From NCBI GenBank assembly GCA_951406725.2, contig OX597832.1:17794001-17858000 (forward strand): a DNA stretch of 64,000 bases, written 5' to 3'. Each line of letters begins with the position of its first letter. The first letter of the stretch is position 1. The notes beneath the pieces are model-generated. The model saw only the letters and a program-made list of their open reading frames with translations, was not told the origin of the DNA and ran no database searches. Positions 13,709 to 29,847 of this stretch are shown here, piece after piece. The position numbers and the translations under genes were made by a program. The stretch comes from Octopus vulgaris (Eukaryota).

Positions 13709-14064
13709 TATATCTTCAGCAAAATACCCAACAACTTTCGAATATGACGAACATATACGCATTTGAGGCATTTCACAAAATGCAAGCAAGACCCCAATAG
13801 GATTCGTACGCATATATGTACTGGAAACGCAAATGTTTGCTACCTGATTCAATTATCATTGTCTGATCTGATTTTCTACCTTAAAGAAATTGTTTTAATC
13901 GCCAATATAATGTGCGTAAACACCATAGCAAGACGTTCATATCTCAATGAAGTAGATACTAGGTATATGATATATATACCTTAACATCAGACTTTATGGT
14001 TACATAGTGTTAATGATTTTAACACTACATTTCCCACCACTCCATTTACAGTCATGTTGTTTGT

Positions 14065-14352
14065 TCCTTCTCGAGCCATTCCTGGCTCATAAACGCCGGT
14101 TTCCTTGGCGTATAGGTTCCCCACCTGGAAGGGACACCGTTCCGTCGCAGGTGAACTGCAAGATGCAGGTGGAAAGATTGAGAGAAAGTTGTGGCGAAAG
14201 GGTTAGCAGAAGTTCGCCATTACCTTCTGCAGGAGCCGCGCGAAGCTTAGGTGTTTCGCTCATAAGCACACACATTGCCTGGTCTGAGATTCGAACCCAC
14301 GATCCCTCGACCGCCAGTCCGCTGCTCTAACCACTAGGCCATATGCCTCCAC
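14065..14352 (-). mobile_element. SINE family C (tRNA head), tail type 1
   Basis: Head GGAGGCATATGGCCTAGTGGTTAGAGCAGCGGACT...GGTTCGAATCTC; tail shared with 20960-21250. Confidence 0.75.
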
Positions 14353-14787
14353 ACAGTCATATCGTAGTCAGCAAAAATAGATAGTTCGACCAACATCTGG
14401 AATATATCGTGAGAGAGAAGTTTTTATGGTCTAGCTCTAGATCAGTACCCTTTTGTTTCTCATCAATTTTTTTTTTTCTCAGTCATATTATACCTAAAAC
14501 TGTAACATTCAATACGTATGTGTGTTTTTCGCACGCGCAAATACGTAACACACACATATAGCGACAGATAAATAAGCTGAAAGATACGGAGGTAGGTAGA
14601 TACGTGTGCGAGTGTGTATGTGTAGTGCGTGCACGGGATGTGCGTATATACATACATACACATGTACAAGCACATAACACACATATATCCATACATTCAT
14701 GTGTACACACACATGCACATAAACACACGCACACGCAGCACACACACACACACACACATTCACACAAAAACACACATGCACATAAAC

Positions 14788-14824
<37 letters not shown>

Positions 14825-15413
14825 TACACACAAAAACACACATGCATATAAACACACACACACACACACACGCATACAAGTGTTCTATTTCAGACATTTT
14901 ATTGTTATATGCAAACTACTTTACTAATTAACCAATTAAATAATCGATCGGTTGACTAATCGCTAGATTACTCAATCAATTAGTAAATCAGTCAGTTTCT
15001 CAAACTTTCCACACACCGTGACTGACCGGGAGTAAGGAAGTACATAATTGATGAGGTCATGAATGACGACAAAATGATTATGACAAACCAACTAACTGCT
15101 TCACTGAGTGATCAAACAATTACACTTGCAACTAACTGGGCAATTGTTCTTTATTAGTCAACGAGTTGGCTAAAAATGATGATAACACGTTTCATAAGTA
15201 AAATGGACTTTTACACGTAAATCATTGCTTGCACGAACCGATGTGACATCAGAGTGCAAAAACAACATATAGACTTAATATAGATACTACCAACCACATA
15301 GTTCTGGGTTCAGCCCCACTGCGTGGCACCTTGAGTGAGCGTGTTCTACTATAACTTCGGGACGACCAAAGTCTTGAGAGTGGATTTGGTAGACGGAAGA
15401 TGAAAGAAGCCCG

Positions 15414-15932
<519 letters not shown>

Positions 15933-16162
15933 TATTTGTTTGTGTGTGTATGTTTGTGTGTCTGTTTGTCCTCCTACCATCGCTTGACAACCAAAGCTGG
16001 TGTATTTACGTCCCTGTAACTTAGCGGATCAGTAAAAGAGGGCAATAGAATAATTACTAGGCTTACAAAGAATAAGTCCTCGGGTGAATTTGTTCGACTA
16101 AGGAAGGTGCACCAGCATGGCCGCAATCAAATTACTGAAACAAGTAAAAGAATAAAAGAGTA

Positions 16163-16195
<33 letters not shown>

Positions 16196-16499
16196 AATAC
16201 ACCTGTATACATATGTATGTATATACGTATATACACAAACACACACATACATAAACACACGCATATACACATATACGAAAACGCACACACATGCATACAC
16301 ACAGCCGCACATATTCGAATGGCTTAGATGACAAACGAAAGAAAGATGTACTCGGGGTGCAATGTGATGTTTGTAGGTTTCGTAAGAGGAACTGCTCTCG
16401 TTGGCTTCAGTTTCAGTAACTACTATCACTGAACTTGGTTGTTACAAGGAACCAATGAGAATTTGTGTTGCATGGGACAGAATCGAGCTGTTTTAAATA

Positions 16500-16725
16500 A
16501 TACTAATAATAGGTTCAAGTTTTGTCTCAAGGCCTGCAACTTCGGTGGAAGGGGTAACTCGATAACTCCGACCTTGGTGTTCACCTGGTACTTATTTTAT
16601 TGGGCTCTGAAAGGGTGCAATGAAAAGTCGACCTCGGTAGAATTTGAAATCAGAACATAAAGAAAGAAGAAATGCCACTATGTGTTTTACCTGGAATGCT
16701 AGGTTTTCTGCCAGCTCACCGACCT
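16500..16725 (-). mobile_element. SINE family A, diverged
   Basis: AAGTCGACCTCGGTAGAATTTGAAATCAGAAC...CCAGCTCACCG. Confidence 0.7.
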
Positions 16726-16747
16726 AACAACAGCAACGACGACAATG

Positions 16748-16817
<70 letters not shown>

Positions 16818-16823
<6 letters not shown>

Positions 16824-17109
16824 CGTAGACCAATTTTCAAAAGAAAAAAAGATATGCTGATCGATGAAAAAGGTAGCAATAGTACTAATAACTGTCGGAG
16901 CCCTAGGAAACAGCGAGCACAAACCTCGAGGAGTACGTGTAACAAATAGGGGCTGCAATAAGTGCGGAGCACTTGCAGAAAACAGCACTGCTTGGAACCG
17001 CTCGAATACTCCGGATGGTGCTCGAAAAATAACAGGTGTTACCTTAGTTCACTGGTAGTGAGCAGCTGACACTGTAGTAAATAACCAGCGTTAGAAGCAA
17101 TGCAAAGGC

Positions 17110-17110
<1 letters not shown>
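16818..17110 (+). mobile_element. R4/Dong-clade LINE 3' end within (AAT)n
   Basis: Frameshifted translation KKVAIVLITVGALG/TASTNLEEYV*QIGAAISAEHLQKTALLGTARILRMVLEK* matches the REL-endonuclease C-terminus; short 3' UTR; (AAT)n on both sides. Confidence 0.75.
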
Positions 17111-17174
<64 letters not shown>

Positions 17175-17203
17175 TGATGATGATAATAATAATAATAATA
17201 ATG

Positions 17204-17286
<83 letters not shown>

Positions 17287-17569
17287 GATAATAATAATAA
17301 GGTACAGGCTTACCATCACTACAATAAGTGTAAAAAATCGTGTTAACTGGAACGACTCATGTACTGAGAAGAGCATTATCGCTGTGAAAACTACATTCAT
17401 TCATGAATTCATTTATCTATTAATTTTTTTAAATACATATTTTAACCTGTGAAATTGCGTGTGTTATCTGGGAATGCATACAATGAGCTTCTCTGTCCTA
17501 GGTATACGGAAAACACTCGGCGAGAAATGGAAGAAAATTTGAAGAAAGAAGGAAAAAAAAATAATGATG

Positions 17570-17623
<54 letters not shown>

Positions 17624-17649
17624 TTAATAATAATGATAATAATAATATA

Positions 17650-17717
<68 letters not shown>

Positions 17718-17758
17718 TAATAATAATGATAATAATAATAATAATAATATTAATAATT

Positions 17759-17838
<80 letters not shown>

Positions 17839-17842
17839 AATG

Positions 17843-17890
<48 letters not shown>
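17110..17890. repeat. (AAT)n arrays
   Basis: Long imperfect AAT tracts at 17110-17300 and 17560-17890. Confidence 0.95.
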
Positions 17891-17893
<3 letters not shown>

Positions 17894-18099
17894 GATGGGC
17901 TACAGCAAAGATCCTGCTCAGTACCACGGATTTGCCTGTTCGTTGTTTGACATTTACCTGTTAAGCATGTCCTTCAGTGCTTGACGATTTGTGCATCTCT
18001 GACCATGAGCAGAAATAAGAGGAGAAATTCATAGTCATGTGTTGAGAGGAATTGCTTAGAGTTTGAATAATTCACATCTGGAAAAGTGGTTGTTGAAGA

Positions 18100-19061
18100 C
18101 TGTGGAATAAATGTTAATCAAATGGGGTATTGCCCGGCGAATACGGTGGGTGGGTCATCGTTTCCCATTCCAACTGTTCTAGCAAAATAATGTCATCCTC
18201 GCTGTAAGTGGCCGAATATTATCTTAAATAACTTTCATCTTGAAACCAAAGAGGGTCATTTTCCTTCTAGCACTGAGTTCAGCCGCTAAAGCTGTTCACA
18301 ATAGATCTCATTTGTTATGGTTTGGTTTGGGTTAAAATTTCAAAGTACATTAAACATTTCATTTCTAACCAAACAGATAGCAAAACCTTACATGGGTGAA
18401 GACCTTCTTTACCCGTGAGTGCCAGTGTTTCCCCTTTCCCTACCTACTGTCTTCGGCAGTTGACATTTTTATAGAGAACTCATTTCCCGCACTATTCACT
18501 TTTCGGTGCAAAAGAAGGGTGGTTTGTGAGACCTGACTGCAAAGAAGAGTACTCATTCACTCTCTGTGCGCGATTAGACACGGAAAGTTTGCGAGAAATC
18601 CATTGATACAAATTGCTGAATTTTTTTCGATGAAATCGAATTTTTTTCATTAGGTGCTGATGAAAGTTTGAATGACCAAATCCAAGCTTCTCGGTTAGTT
18701 CCTCAGCAGTTACGATGGAAATTTGTTCCACGTGTGTTTGCAGGACACTCCTCGTCGAGGTCTATAGACAAGACTCATTTTCTAGGCTGTAGTTTTTGAC
18801 TCGGAATTTCTGGAATCACCGTTGCCTTTATTGAACTCATAGAAAAATATGCGGAATATGCTCCTTTGTGACTTCTATAATAGCTTCGAAAAAATAACTT
18901 TTAAAATCGTACTGCACTCTTCAAAGCTTGCACTATGCATGAGTATAAGATGAAATTACTACCTGCTTTTATAGCAAGTTGATGCAGGTAGTTTATCCCG
19001 TCCCCACTCCAAATTTTATTTCATGCAATTGAAAAACAGCATTAGTTATGTGAGGACACAA
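18100..19061 (-). mobile_element. Decayed mariner transposon (5' TIR plus most of the transposase)
   Basis: Motifs ELTEKLGFGHS, WISRKLS (WVPHEL-like), GLHPCKVLLSVW, WETMTHPPYSPG; TIR-like sequence at 19030-19061; many stops. Confidence 0.8.
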
Positions 19062-19068
19062 TACATAA

Positions 19069-19171
<103 letters not shown>

Positions 19172-19311
19172 CTATCTATATATATATATATATATACATA
19201 TATACATATATTTATATAAATATATGTATATGTATATATATATGACTACACACACACACAGACACACACACACACACACACATATATATATCTATATATA
19301 TACATACATTC

Positions 19312-19422
19312 ATACACATACGCACACATATATGAGTAAATATATAGTTAGTACGTATGTCTATATTGTCCGTATGTATGAGAGATTCGTATGATTGTTA
19401 TGCGTGTGTCTCTCTGTGTATA
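19312..19422 (-). repeat. Inverted duplicate of 12864-12965
   Basis: Direct reverse-complement match. Confidence 0.8.
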
Positions 19423-20202
19423 CACACATACACATACATTCATACATAGATATGCGTGTGTGAGTGTGTGTGTGTGTGTGACTCAGACACAATGTCTATC
19501 ACATTCGATTGTATGGTATTACGGCGTGGTTCAAAGTAGTTAAAGGTCAAGATGCAGTTTGACATAAACAATTCCTCATGAGTTATCAGGCTTAACAAAT
19601 TATAAAGTGAATTTTATCCTTTAGAAACGGAGGCGTGTAATTTGAGAAAGGTTTTGCTGTAATATCTTAACATGGAGCAGGATCGCTAATGTTCAGTTCC
19701 CGCCATACCTGAACATATCACAGGATACTGATTAGAAGAACACATCACTTAAACAGCTTCGCACACACAAACAAATATATATGTATGTATATATCACTTA
19801 AACACGTTACTGATTATAAGATTATATCACTTAACCCCCACCACACACAAATATATATATACGTTCATATGTATTTTTCTATTCATGCATGGGTATCTAT
19901 AAGGGTCTGTTCCTAAATTTACATATGTGACAAAGAATATGAATCTTATGTTTATATAGTGTAAATCAATGAATAACATTACTGCACAAACATGGATTCG
20001 AACAGGAAATGCAATCGGGGGGGGGGGGTTCAATTCTCTCACTAAGCATTATTGTATTTTTTTCACAAAAATTAATTTTTTAGATTTTACTTTACACACC
20101 GATATTTTTTGCAATATATCTCGATGAATATTTACGATTTTTATACATATGTTGATACACACACTTAAATACATTCCCCATACACACACATATATATGTT
20201 GA

Positions 20203-20540
20203 TTTATTACCCATAAGGGGCTAAACATAGAGGGGACAAACAAGGACAGACAAAGGGATTAAGTCGATTACGTCGACCCAGTGCCTAGCTGGTACTTAAT
20301 TTATCGACCCTGAAAGGATGAAAGGCAAAGTCGACCTCGGCGAAATTTGAACTCAAATTAGAAATACAAAATGGCTGACGGTTAGTAAGGAGAGACAAAG
20401 GGATTAAGTCGATTACGTCGACACAGTGCCTAACTGCTACTTAATTTATCGACCCTGAATGGATGAAAGGCAAAGTCGACCTTGGCGGAATTTGAACTCA
20501 GAATAGAAATACAAAATGGCTGACAATTAGTAAGGAGAGA
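20203..20540 (-). mobile_element. SINE family A 3' part with ~146-bp tandem duplication across the SINE/PLE junction
   Basis: Block ACAAAGGGATTAAGTCGATTACGTCGAC...AAATACAAAATGGCTGAC..TTAGTAAGGAGAGAC occurs twice. Confidence 0.75.
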
Positions 20541-20778
20541 CACACAAATAAGAAAGAAGAAAGCAAAGGACCACTGATGCGGTCACAGCAGTGTGGCGAA
20601 AGAACTCTGGCGGAAATAAGATTAAGTTTAATGTAAAAAATAAATAACACCGAAGCAAAGTAACACCAAATATATAGTACGTATATTTTTATTGACTAAA
20701 CTGGCAAAATGACCATTCCCAAATACAACAATATCTGTTTCGACACACGATTTCACCCAAAAAAATCTTGCAAAACAT
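20503..20778 (+). mobile_element. Penelope-like terminal fragment with HHR (same family as 37520-37810)
   Basis: 20571-20610 reads cca-CTGATGC-g-gtcaca(gcag)tgtggc-GAAA-gaac-TC-tgg; ends in (TA)n. Confidence 0.7.
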
Positions 20779-20877
20779 ATATATATATATATATACATAT
20801 AATATACATACATGTCTATGTACGTATATATGCATGAGTAGATGTATATATAAAATTGTATACGTATTTACACATGC

Positions 20878-20911
<34 letters not shown>

Positions 20912-20959
20912 TTATTTATAGACATATATATATATATATATATGCACATTTATTTTCAA

Positions 20960-21250
20960 GCCTAGCCAGACTTAAGGGCCCGGTTTGCCGGTTTCTGTGG
21001 CGTATGTGTTCCCTCCAGTTGAATGGGACGCCAGTCCATCGCGGCGTTACTCAAGAAACAGGAAGAAAGAATGAGAGAATGTTGAGGCGAAAGCGTACAA
21101 CAAGGGTCGCCACAATCCTCTGCAGGAACATCGTGGAGCTTTGGTGTTTTAGCTCAATAAACACGTACAACGCCCGGTCTGGGAATCGAAACCGCGATCC
21201 TCCGACCGCGAGTTCACACTGCCCTGACCACTGGGCCACTGCGCCTTCAT
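20960..21250 (-). mobile_element. SINE family C, tail type 1
   Basis: tRNA head ...GGTTTCGATTCCCAGACCGGGCG; tail with GGGACGCCAGTCCATCGC on the plus strand. Confidence 0.8.
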
Positions 21251-21504
21251 ACGTGCTCATATATGTGTCTATATGAAAATAAATATAATTGTATAAATAT
21301 AATATTCACAAAAACGCACCCACGCACAGGCGCACATCAATATATATATTTCTGTGTGTAGATAACATATATAGGTAGAAAGTTAGGTTAGAAGGAAGGT
21401 TATGTGATATAGACAAATAATACCCCCTCACTGATAAGTATAAAGCAGGAGATGAGCAGATGATTGATGATTCCTACACAAATAGAGCATAATTTTTTTA
21501 TGTT

Positions 21505-21700
21505 TTATCTTTACCTTCTGTCAGTGATTGAACTGCGGCAATAGTGGGGCACGGCCTACAAGTTCTGGTCGAATGAAGGAATCGAATCTAGTAATTCATT
21601 ATAATGATACTTACTATATCGATAGGTTTTGTGGAACGGGACTGCAAACACACTAACATCGGTTGTCAAGACTTGGTGGTGTAAAAGACACTGACTCATT
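21505..21700 (-). mobile_element. SINE family B 3' half, diverged
   Basis: TCAGTGATTGAACTGCGGC...ACATCGGTTGTCAAG. Confidence 0.6.
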
Positions 21701-21751
21701 GGCACAAACTCACACACACCGAAGCACACATAGACAGACACACAGACACAT

Positions 21752-21856
<105 letters not shown>

Positions 21857-21861
21857 TGCAC

Positions 21862-22062
21862 ACCACGTGTGTACCGTTAGCGATTTTTTTCGTCCGTCTT
21901 CCCTTCTTTGGATCTTTCCTTTTCCTATGTTTCTGACGAAGAGCTCCGCTCGAAATGTTAAACCCTCCTTCTTTCCTTCTTTTCCTAGCGTCCAATAATA
22001 CTATACTTGTTCCACGCCCTCGTGTTGTGTTTTCTTTTAGTGTTTTCATGTTTGGATTAACT
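21862..22062 (+). mobile_element. Penelope-like terminal fragment with HHR (same family as 3951-4128)
   Basis: 21929-21963 reads gttt-CTGACGA-a-gagc(tcc)gctc-GAAA-tg-TT-aaac; between (TA)n tracts. Confidence 0.7.
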
Positions 22063-22094
22063 ATATATATATACACATATAGATAGGTAGATAT

Positions 22095-22430
22095 TCTTTG
22101 TTCTTTTACTTTTTTGTTTCTCTGATATGACTGCGACCATTTAGGAGCACCACGTTTAGTCGAACAATTCGGCCAGAGGGCCTACTCATGGTAAGCCTAC
22201 TACCTATTCGATCGGTCACATTTGCCGATATAAACACACCAAAATCGGTTGCCAAGCGACGTCGGGTAACACACAATGACACACAACTTTAAGCATATAT
22301 TTATATACACGAAGGGCTTCTTTCATTTTCCGTCTGCCAAATCCACTCGCAAAGCTTTGATCGGTCCGTGGCTATCTCAATCCACAACCATGTGGTAGGG
22401 AAACAAACATCTTACCCACACAGTCATTGC
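22095..22430 (-). mobile_element. SINE family B, diverged
   Basis: Similarity to head and tail of the consensus. Confidence 0.65.
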
Positions 22431-22751
22431 TCTCTCTCTCTCTCTATCTATCTATCTATTTCGCTCTCTCTCTCTTTACATATATATAATTCCAAGATAA
22501 TTAGAGGTTGAGAATCCAACCAACTAAAGCATAATATCTATCTAATCTACTGCTGGTAGAATAGCCAATTATAAATATATAATGTTTTTTATTGCATGGC
22601 AATAACACTGCTGAATGTAATAAATGGGTGAAGGTAAAAAGTTGTTTCACCCTTCATTTATACGGCAATAAAGGAATATGTATATAAACATATACATATG
22701 TGTATAACATATTATATTTAACACACACACAAACACACACACATACACACA

Positions 22752-22825
<74 letters not shown>

Positions 22826-22844
22826 AATATATACATATATATTC

Positions 22845-22995
22845 GCCGGGTTTCTTTCACTTTCCATCTACGAAATCCCACACAAAGTTTTGGTCAAATC
22901 GACGTCATTGCACAAGACAGCTGCCCCAGGTGCCATGCAGTGGGATGGAAAGCGGAACCATGTGGTTCAGAAGTAAGTTTCTTACCACACAACCA
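22845..22995 (-). mobile_element. SINE family B head
   Basis: GTGCCATGCAGTGGGA...GGAACCATGTGG...CTTACCACACA. Confidence 0.65.
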
Positions 22996-23194
22996 TTTTA
23001 TTTTAGATAACATTAAGCGAGAGAGGTGCGTTCAAGCTGGAGCACTCGCTGAAAAATCTTCTAATATGTAACATTTGGTGACTCACGGAGTCCCATATTG
23101 CTGGCATCTTGTGCCTTATGCATGTTATTCTTCTGTATTTGAACACATATAACAACAAACAAATCTATATCCATGTATACTACTACATATTTTC

Positions 23195-23285
<91 letters not shown>

Positions 23286-23337
23286 CTGGAATGAGTGTGA
23301 GTATACATACATATAAATATATATGTATATATATAAA

Positions 23338-23656
23338 AGACTCCGCCGGTTACGACGACGAGGGTCCCAGCTGATACGATCAACGGAACAGCTTGCTCGT
23401 GAAATTAACGTGCAAATGGCTGAGCATTCCACAGACACGTGTACCCTTAACGTAGTTCTCGGGGATAATCAGCGTGACACAGAGAGTGACAAGGCTGACC
23501 CTTTGAAATACAAGTACAACTCATTTTTGCCAGCTGAGTGGACTGGAGCAACGTGAAATAAAGTGCCTTGCTCAAGGACACAACGCGTCGCCGGGAATCG
23601 AACTCACAACCTTACGATAATGAGCCGAATGCCCTAACCACTAAGCCACGCGCCCT
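23338..23656 (-). mobile_element. SINE family D (tRNA head, GTGTCCTTGAGCAAGGCACTT motif), tail type 2
   Basis: Head GGGCGCGTGGCTTAGTGGTTAGGG...GAGTTCGATTCCC; 3' ~170 bp shared with 44198-44582. Confidence 0.8.
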
Positions 23657-23794
23657 CACATGTATATATATATATATAGAGAGAGAGATAGACAGATATA
23701 TAGATAAATAGATTGAGAGATAGATATGAATGCATACATATATATATATATATATATATAAATAAAACTATCAATATATATATAATGTATATAA

Positions 23795-23958
23795 GCGCAT
23801 AAGTGGTTGTGTGGTAAGTAGTTGACTAACGACCGCACGGTATCGGGTCCAGTCCCTCTGAGTTGCTCTTTGGGCAAGCGTTTTTTACTGTAGCCGCGGG
23901 CCGATTAAACCCTTGTGAGTGGAATTGGTTTAGGGAAACTTAAAGAAGCCCAACGTGT

Positions 23959-23989
<31 letters not shown>

Positions 23990-24250
23990 GTGTGTGTGTG
24001 TGTGTGTGTGCGTGTGTGTATGTGTGTGTATGTGTGTGCACGTGTGTGTGTGTCTGCGACATTGCCCACCCTACCATCGCTTGACAATCGATGTTGGTGT
24101 GTTTACGGCCCCGTAAATTAGCGGTTCAGTAAAAGCGACTGACGCTGACAGAATAAAAATTTACAAAGTCCTGGGATTCGATCTGTTCGACTAAAGTTGG
24201 TGCTCCAGCATGGGCGCAGTGAAAATAGCTAAAACAACTACAAGAATGAA
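23795..24250 (+). mobile_element. SINE family B, full length
   Basis: Head, microsatellite and tail all present. Confidence 0.8.
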
Positions 24251-24414
24251 GAAATAAATTAATACTTAGACATACTTTAACATATGCACACGGAAATATA
24301 CATATATCTATATATGTATGTATATACATATATATATACATATGTATATCTATATATGTGTGCATATATATATACATATATTTATATGTATGTATATATA
24401 TATATATATATATA

Positions 24415-24445
<31 letters not shown>

Positions 24446-24581
24446 TATATGTGCGTGTCTGTGTGTGTGTGTGTTTGTATGTATACATATATATATATAC
24501 ATACACACACACATGCACACACACACATATATATATATGTGTGTGTGTATTTATACACACATACATGCATAAATATATATG

Positions 24582-24650
<69 letters not shown>

Positions 24651-25441
24651 GCAAGCAGACTCATGGACAAACGGATTCTTATGTAGAGAGATAGACCGAC
24701 ACATGAATACATTAATACATACTTATATAAATAGGGAGATGACACTTATATATGACTATAAAATTATATACAACTACAAGGATACTAGGGATCGTACACG
24801 CCTGTGAAGATTCACAAGAAGTAAAGCAGCGCAACGCACACACATACACAATGAATACACTGAAAACAAACTGTCTGGACGAGTAGAATACGTTGCTTTG
24901 GTTTCATATCAGACTGTTAGTGGGATATAACGGCCATGCTTGATTTTAAAAAATGCACCCTTGTAAGGAAAGGATGTACATATATATATGTATATGTGTT
25001 ATTATGTACGAATATATTGATGTGTGCATCAATTTCTAAATATATTCTTATGTAAATATATGAATGCATGCATGCACACGCGCATACACCTATTAAAATA
25101 TAAGTATGAACATATGGTATTTTTTTATGCTTATATACATTTGTAAATATTTATATACGTATATATATATATGTGTATATATATATGCACGCATGCGTAA
25201 AAATATAAATATATATATATGTCTGTGTCTGTGTATACATGTATATGCATATATATTTTTGTATATATATATGAATGTATATATGTACATACACACACAT
25301 ACATATATATATGTATACATATGTATGTATGCATGTTTGAGTCTATATATATATATACATATATATATATAAATAAATATATGTGCAGAGTGAGAGGAAC
25401 AGAGAGAAAGAGAGAGAGAACGAGATAGAAAGAGATGTATA

Positions 25442-25472
<31 letters not shown>

Positions 25473-25498
25473 GTATATATGAAGATATGCATGCGTAT

Positions 25499-25529
<31 letters not shown>

Positions 25530-25635
25530 CATATATATGCGTATATATATATATATATATACATATATATATACATACATACATGTAAATATATATATAT
25601 ATTTATGTATACATGTGTCTATATATATATATATG

Positions 25636-25681
<46 letters not shown>

Positions 25682-26257
25682 TATATAAATCCATATGTAA
25701 GCACGTATATACAAATGTAACCACACATGCCAGTATAATAATACATGGATATATCAGTGTATCGAAATACGTTTGTAAAAACCTATATGCATAATGACTA
25801 ACATACATACACACATACATACATACAAACATACATACACACATACATACATACATACATACATACACACATACATACATACATACATACATACACACAT
25901 ACATACATACAAACATACATACACACATACATACATACAAACATACATACACACATACATACATACATACATACATACATACATGCATATATACATACAT
26001 ACATGCATACATACATACATACATACATGCATATATACATACATACAAACATACATACACAAGCATACTTAAAACTACATACTTGTTTTTCATATATATA
26101 TATATATTTATAGGTATTTTAATGTATATATGTATTTTTTTTTGCACATAAAAAAGTAGCGACGGACAGATAGATATATAGATATATAGTTAAATATAAA
26201 GATAGGTAGATAGATAGACAGATAGTCAGAAAGATAGATAGATATGTAGATAGTTAA

Positions 26258-26322
<65 letters not shown>

Positions 26323-26388
26323 TATAGATATATATAGAGATATATTGATACATAAATATATATCTAATGGGATCGATATAAAAGCAGA

Positions 26389-26447
<59 letters not shown>

Positions 26448-26731
26448 CCACAAACATACTTGTATTAAATTTCATTATTATTTAAAGTATTACAATTAGT
26501 AATAAGTATTATCAAATATACAACACAATATGGATTATATGATATTTCGTAAAACACAAGTTTCTCGTCCCACGTGAAATTGTACAATAGCTGTTGCAGT
26601 TTAACGCTTGTTATGTGCAAGTCTGTGCATTCAAATTAGTTTAATACTTTCGGTTGAAGATCTCGAATTGCAAAGATTTACTTGTATGGATGTATATACA
26701 TGTTTGTGTGTGTGAGTCTCTCTCTCTCTTC

Positions 26732-26783
<52 letters not shown>

Positions 26784-26864
26784 GTATATATATATATAAA
26801 TATATATATACATGCATATATATATATATATACGTATATATATATGCATGTATGTATATATATA

Positions 26865-26901
<37 letters not shown>

Positions 26902-27080
26902 GCCTCCTATCACACCCAATCTATCTTAATTTTTCTCTCTATCTCTCTCTGTATATATGTATGTACGTTTACATATATATGTATATATATATATATATGT
27001 TTATATACAACACACATACATATATGTATAAATGCATATATATATACATATGTATGTATGTATATATGTATGCATGTATG

Positions 27081-27111
<31 letters not shown>

Positions 27112-27419
27112 GTATGTATGTATGTATGTATGTATGTATGTATGTATATCTCATGTACATGTATCTACATATATGAATAACTGCATACATATAACTATAC
27201 ATATATATAGAAGTGTCTTTCTATATGAGCGTATGTATGTGTAAACAATTCCATTATCAATATATACATATACATATATATATTTATATACGTAGGCATG
27301 CACGTATGTATATATGTATATATATATTTATGTGTGTATGCGTGTGTGTGTGTCTTTGTATGTTTGTGCCTATGTGGGTGTATATATATATATTCATACA
27401 GATATATATATATATGTAT

Positions 27420-27477
<58 letters not shown>

Positions 27478-27719
27478 CAGGCATGTGTATATGTAGGTAT
27501 ATGTATACACATGTATACCTGTTTATAGTTGTTTTTCTCTTTGCGTTTATGTATTTATGTGTATGCATACACACACACATGCATCAATCTATATATCCAT
27601 ATCCATCGGTATATCTCTCTATCTATCCATCTATAGATTTATATATATATATGCATATACGTGTTTATCTAACTATGTATGCATGTATGCACGTATGTAT
27701 GTAGGTATATATGTATGTA

Positions 27720-27777
<58 letters not shown>

Positions 27778-27857
27778 TATATATATAAAATTAGATACAC
27801 TTAGATATGTTTCGACTAAAGATTGGTCCAGACAATGTCTAACATAATAGCACCTAT

Positions 27858-27931
<74 letters not shown>

Positions 27932-27934
27932 AGG

Positions 27935-28088
27935 CATGCCTCTATTGTAAGAAAAATATTTCCCAAACACATCGTTTGTTCTGAAGTCCCATTGCGTGGC
28001 ACCTTCGACAAGTATCTTCAACTATAGCCTCGGACCGACCAAAACCTTGTTAGTGAATTTTGTATAGAAGGAAAATTATATAAACGCG

Positions 28089-28126
<38 letters not shown>

Positions 28127-28350
28127 CTTATATATATATATTTTATTATGTGTCTGTATTTTTCCCAATCATATAGATATGATAACTGACATTGGTGACT
28201 TTAGGTCCCTGTAACTGTGCGGTTCGATAAAAGATATAAAACAACCGATAGAATATGTATACTTTTTATGAAGAATATGAGCAGGGATCAATTACACTAA
28301 AAGACAGTGCTCTAGCATGGGCATAGTCAAAAGAATGGAGTAAAAGTGTA
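27935..28350 (+). mobile_element. SINE family B, diverged
   Basis: GCGTGGCACCTTCGACAAGTATCTTC...; tail at 28190-28350. Confidence 0.7.
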
Positions 28351-28372
28351 AAATATACATACATACATGAAT

Positions 28373-28431
<59 letters not shown>

Positions 28432-28449
28432 TATATGTAAACACACACT

Positions 28450-28499
<50 letters not shown>

Positions 28500-28525
28500 T
28501 ATGTATATGTATAAATATTTACACC

Positions 28526-28560
<35 letters not shown>

Positions 28561-29486
28561 ATATTTATATATATAATTCATATACATGTGCATGTATGTG
28601 TGCATATATGTATATATATATATGTATATAATTTATAGTTGCTTGTAATAATTAGCTTCAAAATTTAAAAACAATAGACTATAGATAGTGTAGAAAACTT
28701 TTGCGCTTCAATATACCAAATCTTTCGAAATATTACATCTTTTCTACATTTTTTGTACTGATGTGCTTCGAAATACTGTGTTCCAAAAGTTAACAATTTT
28801 TTCCTTTATTCGAAGATTATAAATTCTTTTCACATTAACTTTACACGAATACACATAAACTCAGGCACAAAAGTGGATGCACACAGCCACACAAAACTAA
28901 GAAAAATATATATGTAAATATATGTATAGTTATATATGTATATATGCATGCATATATCAAATATATACATAGACACACACATACACACAGTGTCACACAC
29001 ACATGTATTTATACATAAAGATACATGTACATATATATTCATATATATATATATATATATATATGTATTTATGTATGTAGGTATCTACATGTAATCACAG
29101 ACATGTACTTACACAAATATACGTTTATTACATGCATATATATACATACATAAATTCATACATATCTATATAAATATGAATATCTACACCTATATATATA
29201 TATATATCGATATATATATATATGTATATATTTATATATTCATATATGTATATATTTACAAAAGACTAACCATATTATTTTCAGTGCGTAGGCCATGAAA
29301 TGATAAGTGATTAGTGGCAATATAGATCTTACGGTTAGTATGTATTTATAAGAATCAGTAATTGGTAAAATTCGCAGGACGTTCGTTTAGAACAGTGTCT
29401 TCAGCGAAAAAGTAAATAGAAATATCGAACAGACCATAACTAATACTTGGAAAACAATGGGATTCCTCATAGAACATTGAAATATA

Positions 29487-29636
<150 letters not shown>

Positions 29637-29794
29637 CATATATATATATATATACATATATATGTGAATGTATAAAGAATCATATGTGTGGGGGTTGATG
29701 CATTTATTAATATATCACCATATAAATGCATATATATTTAAATATATATACAGATATATATATATATGTATATACATTCATATATATATGTCTA

Positions 29795-29847
<53 letters not shown>

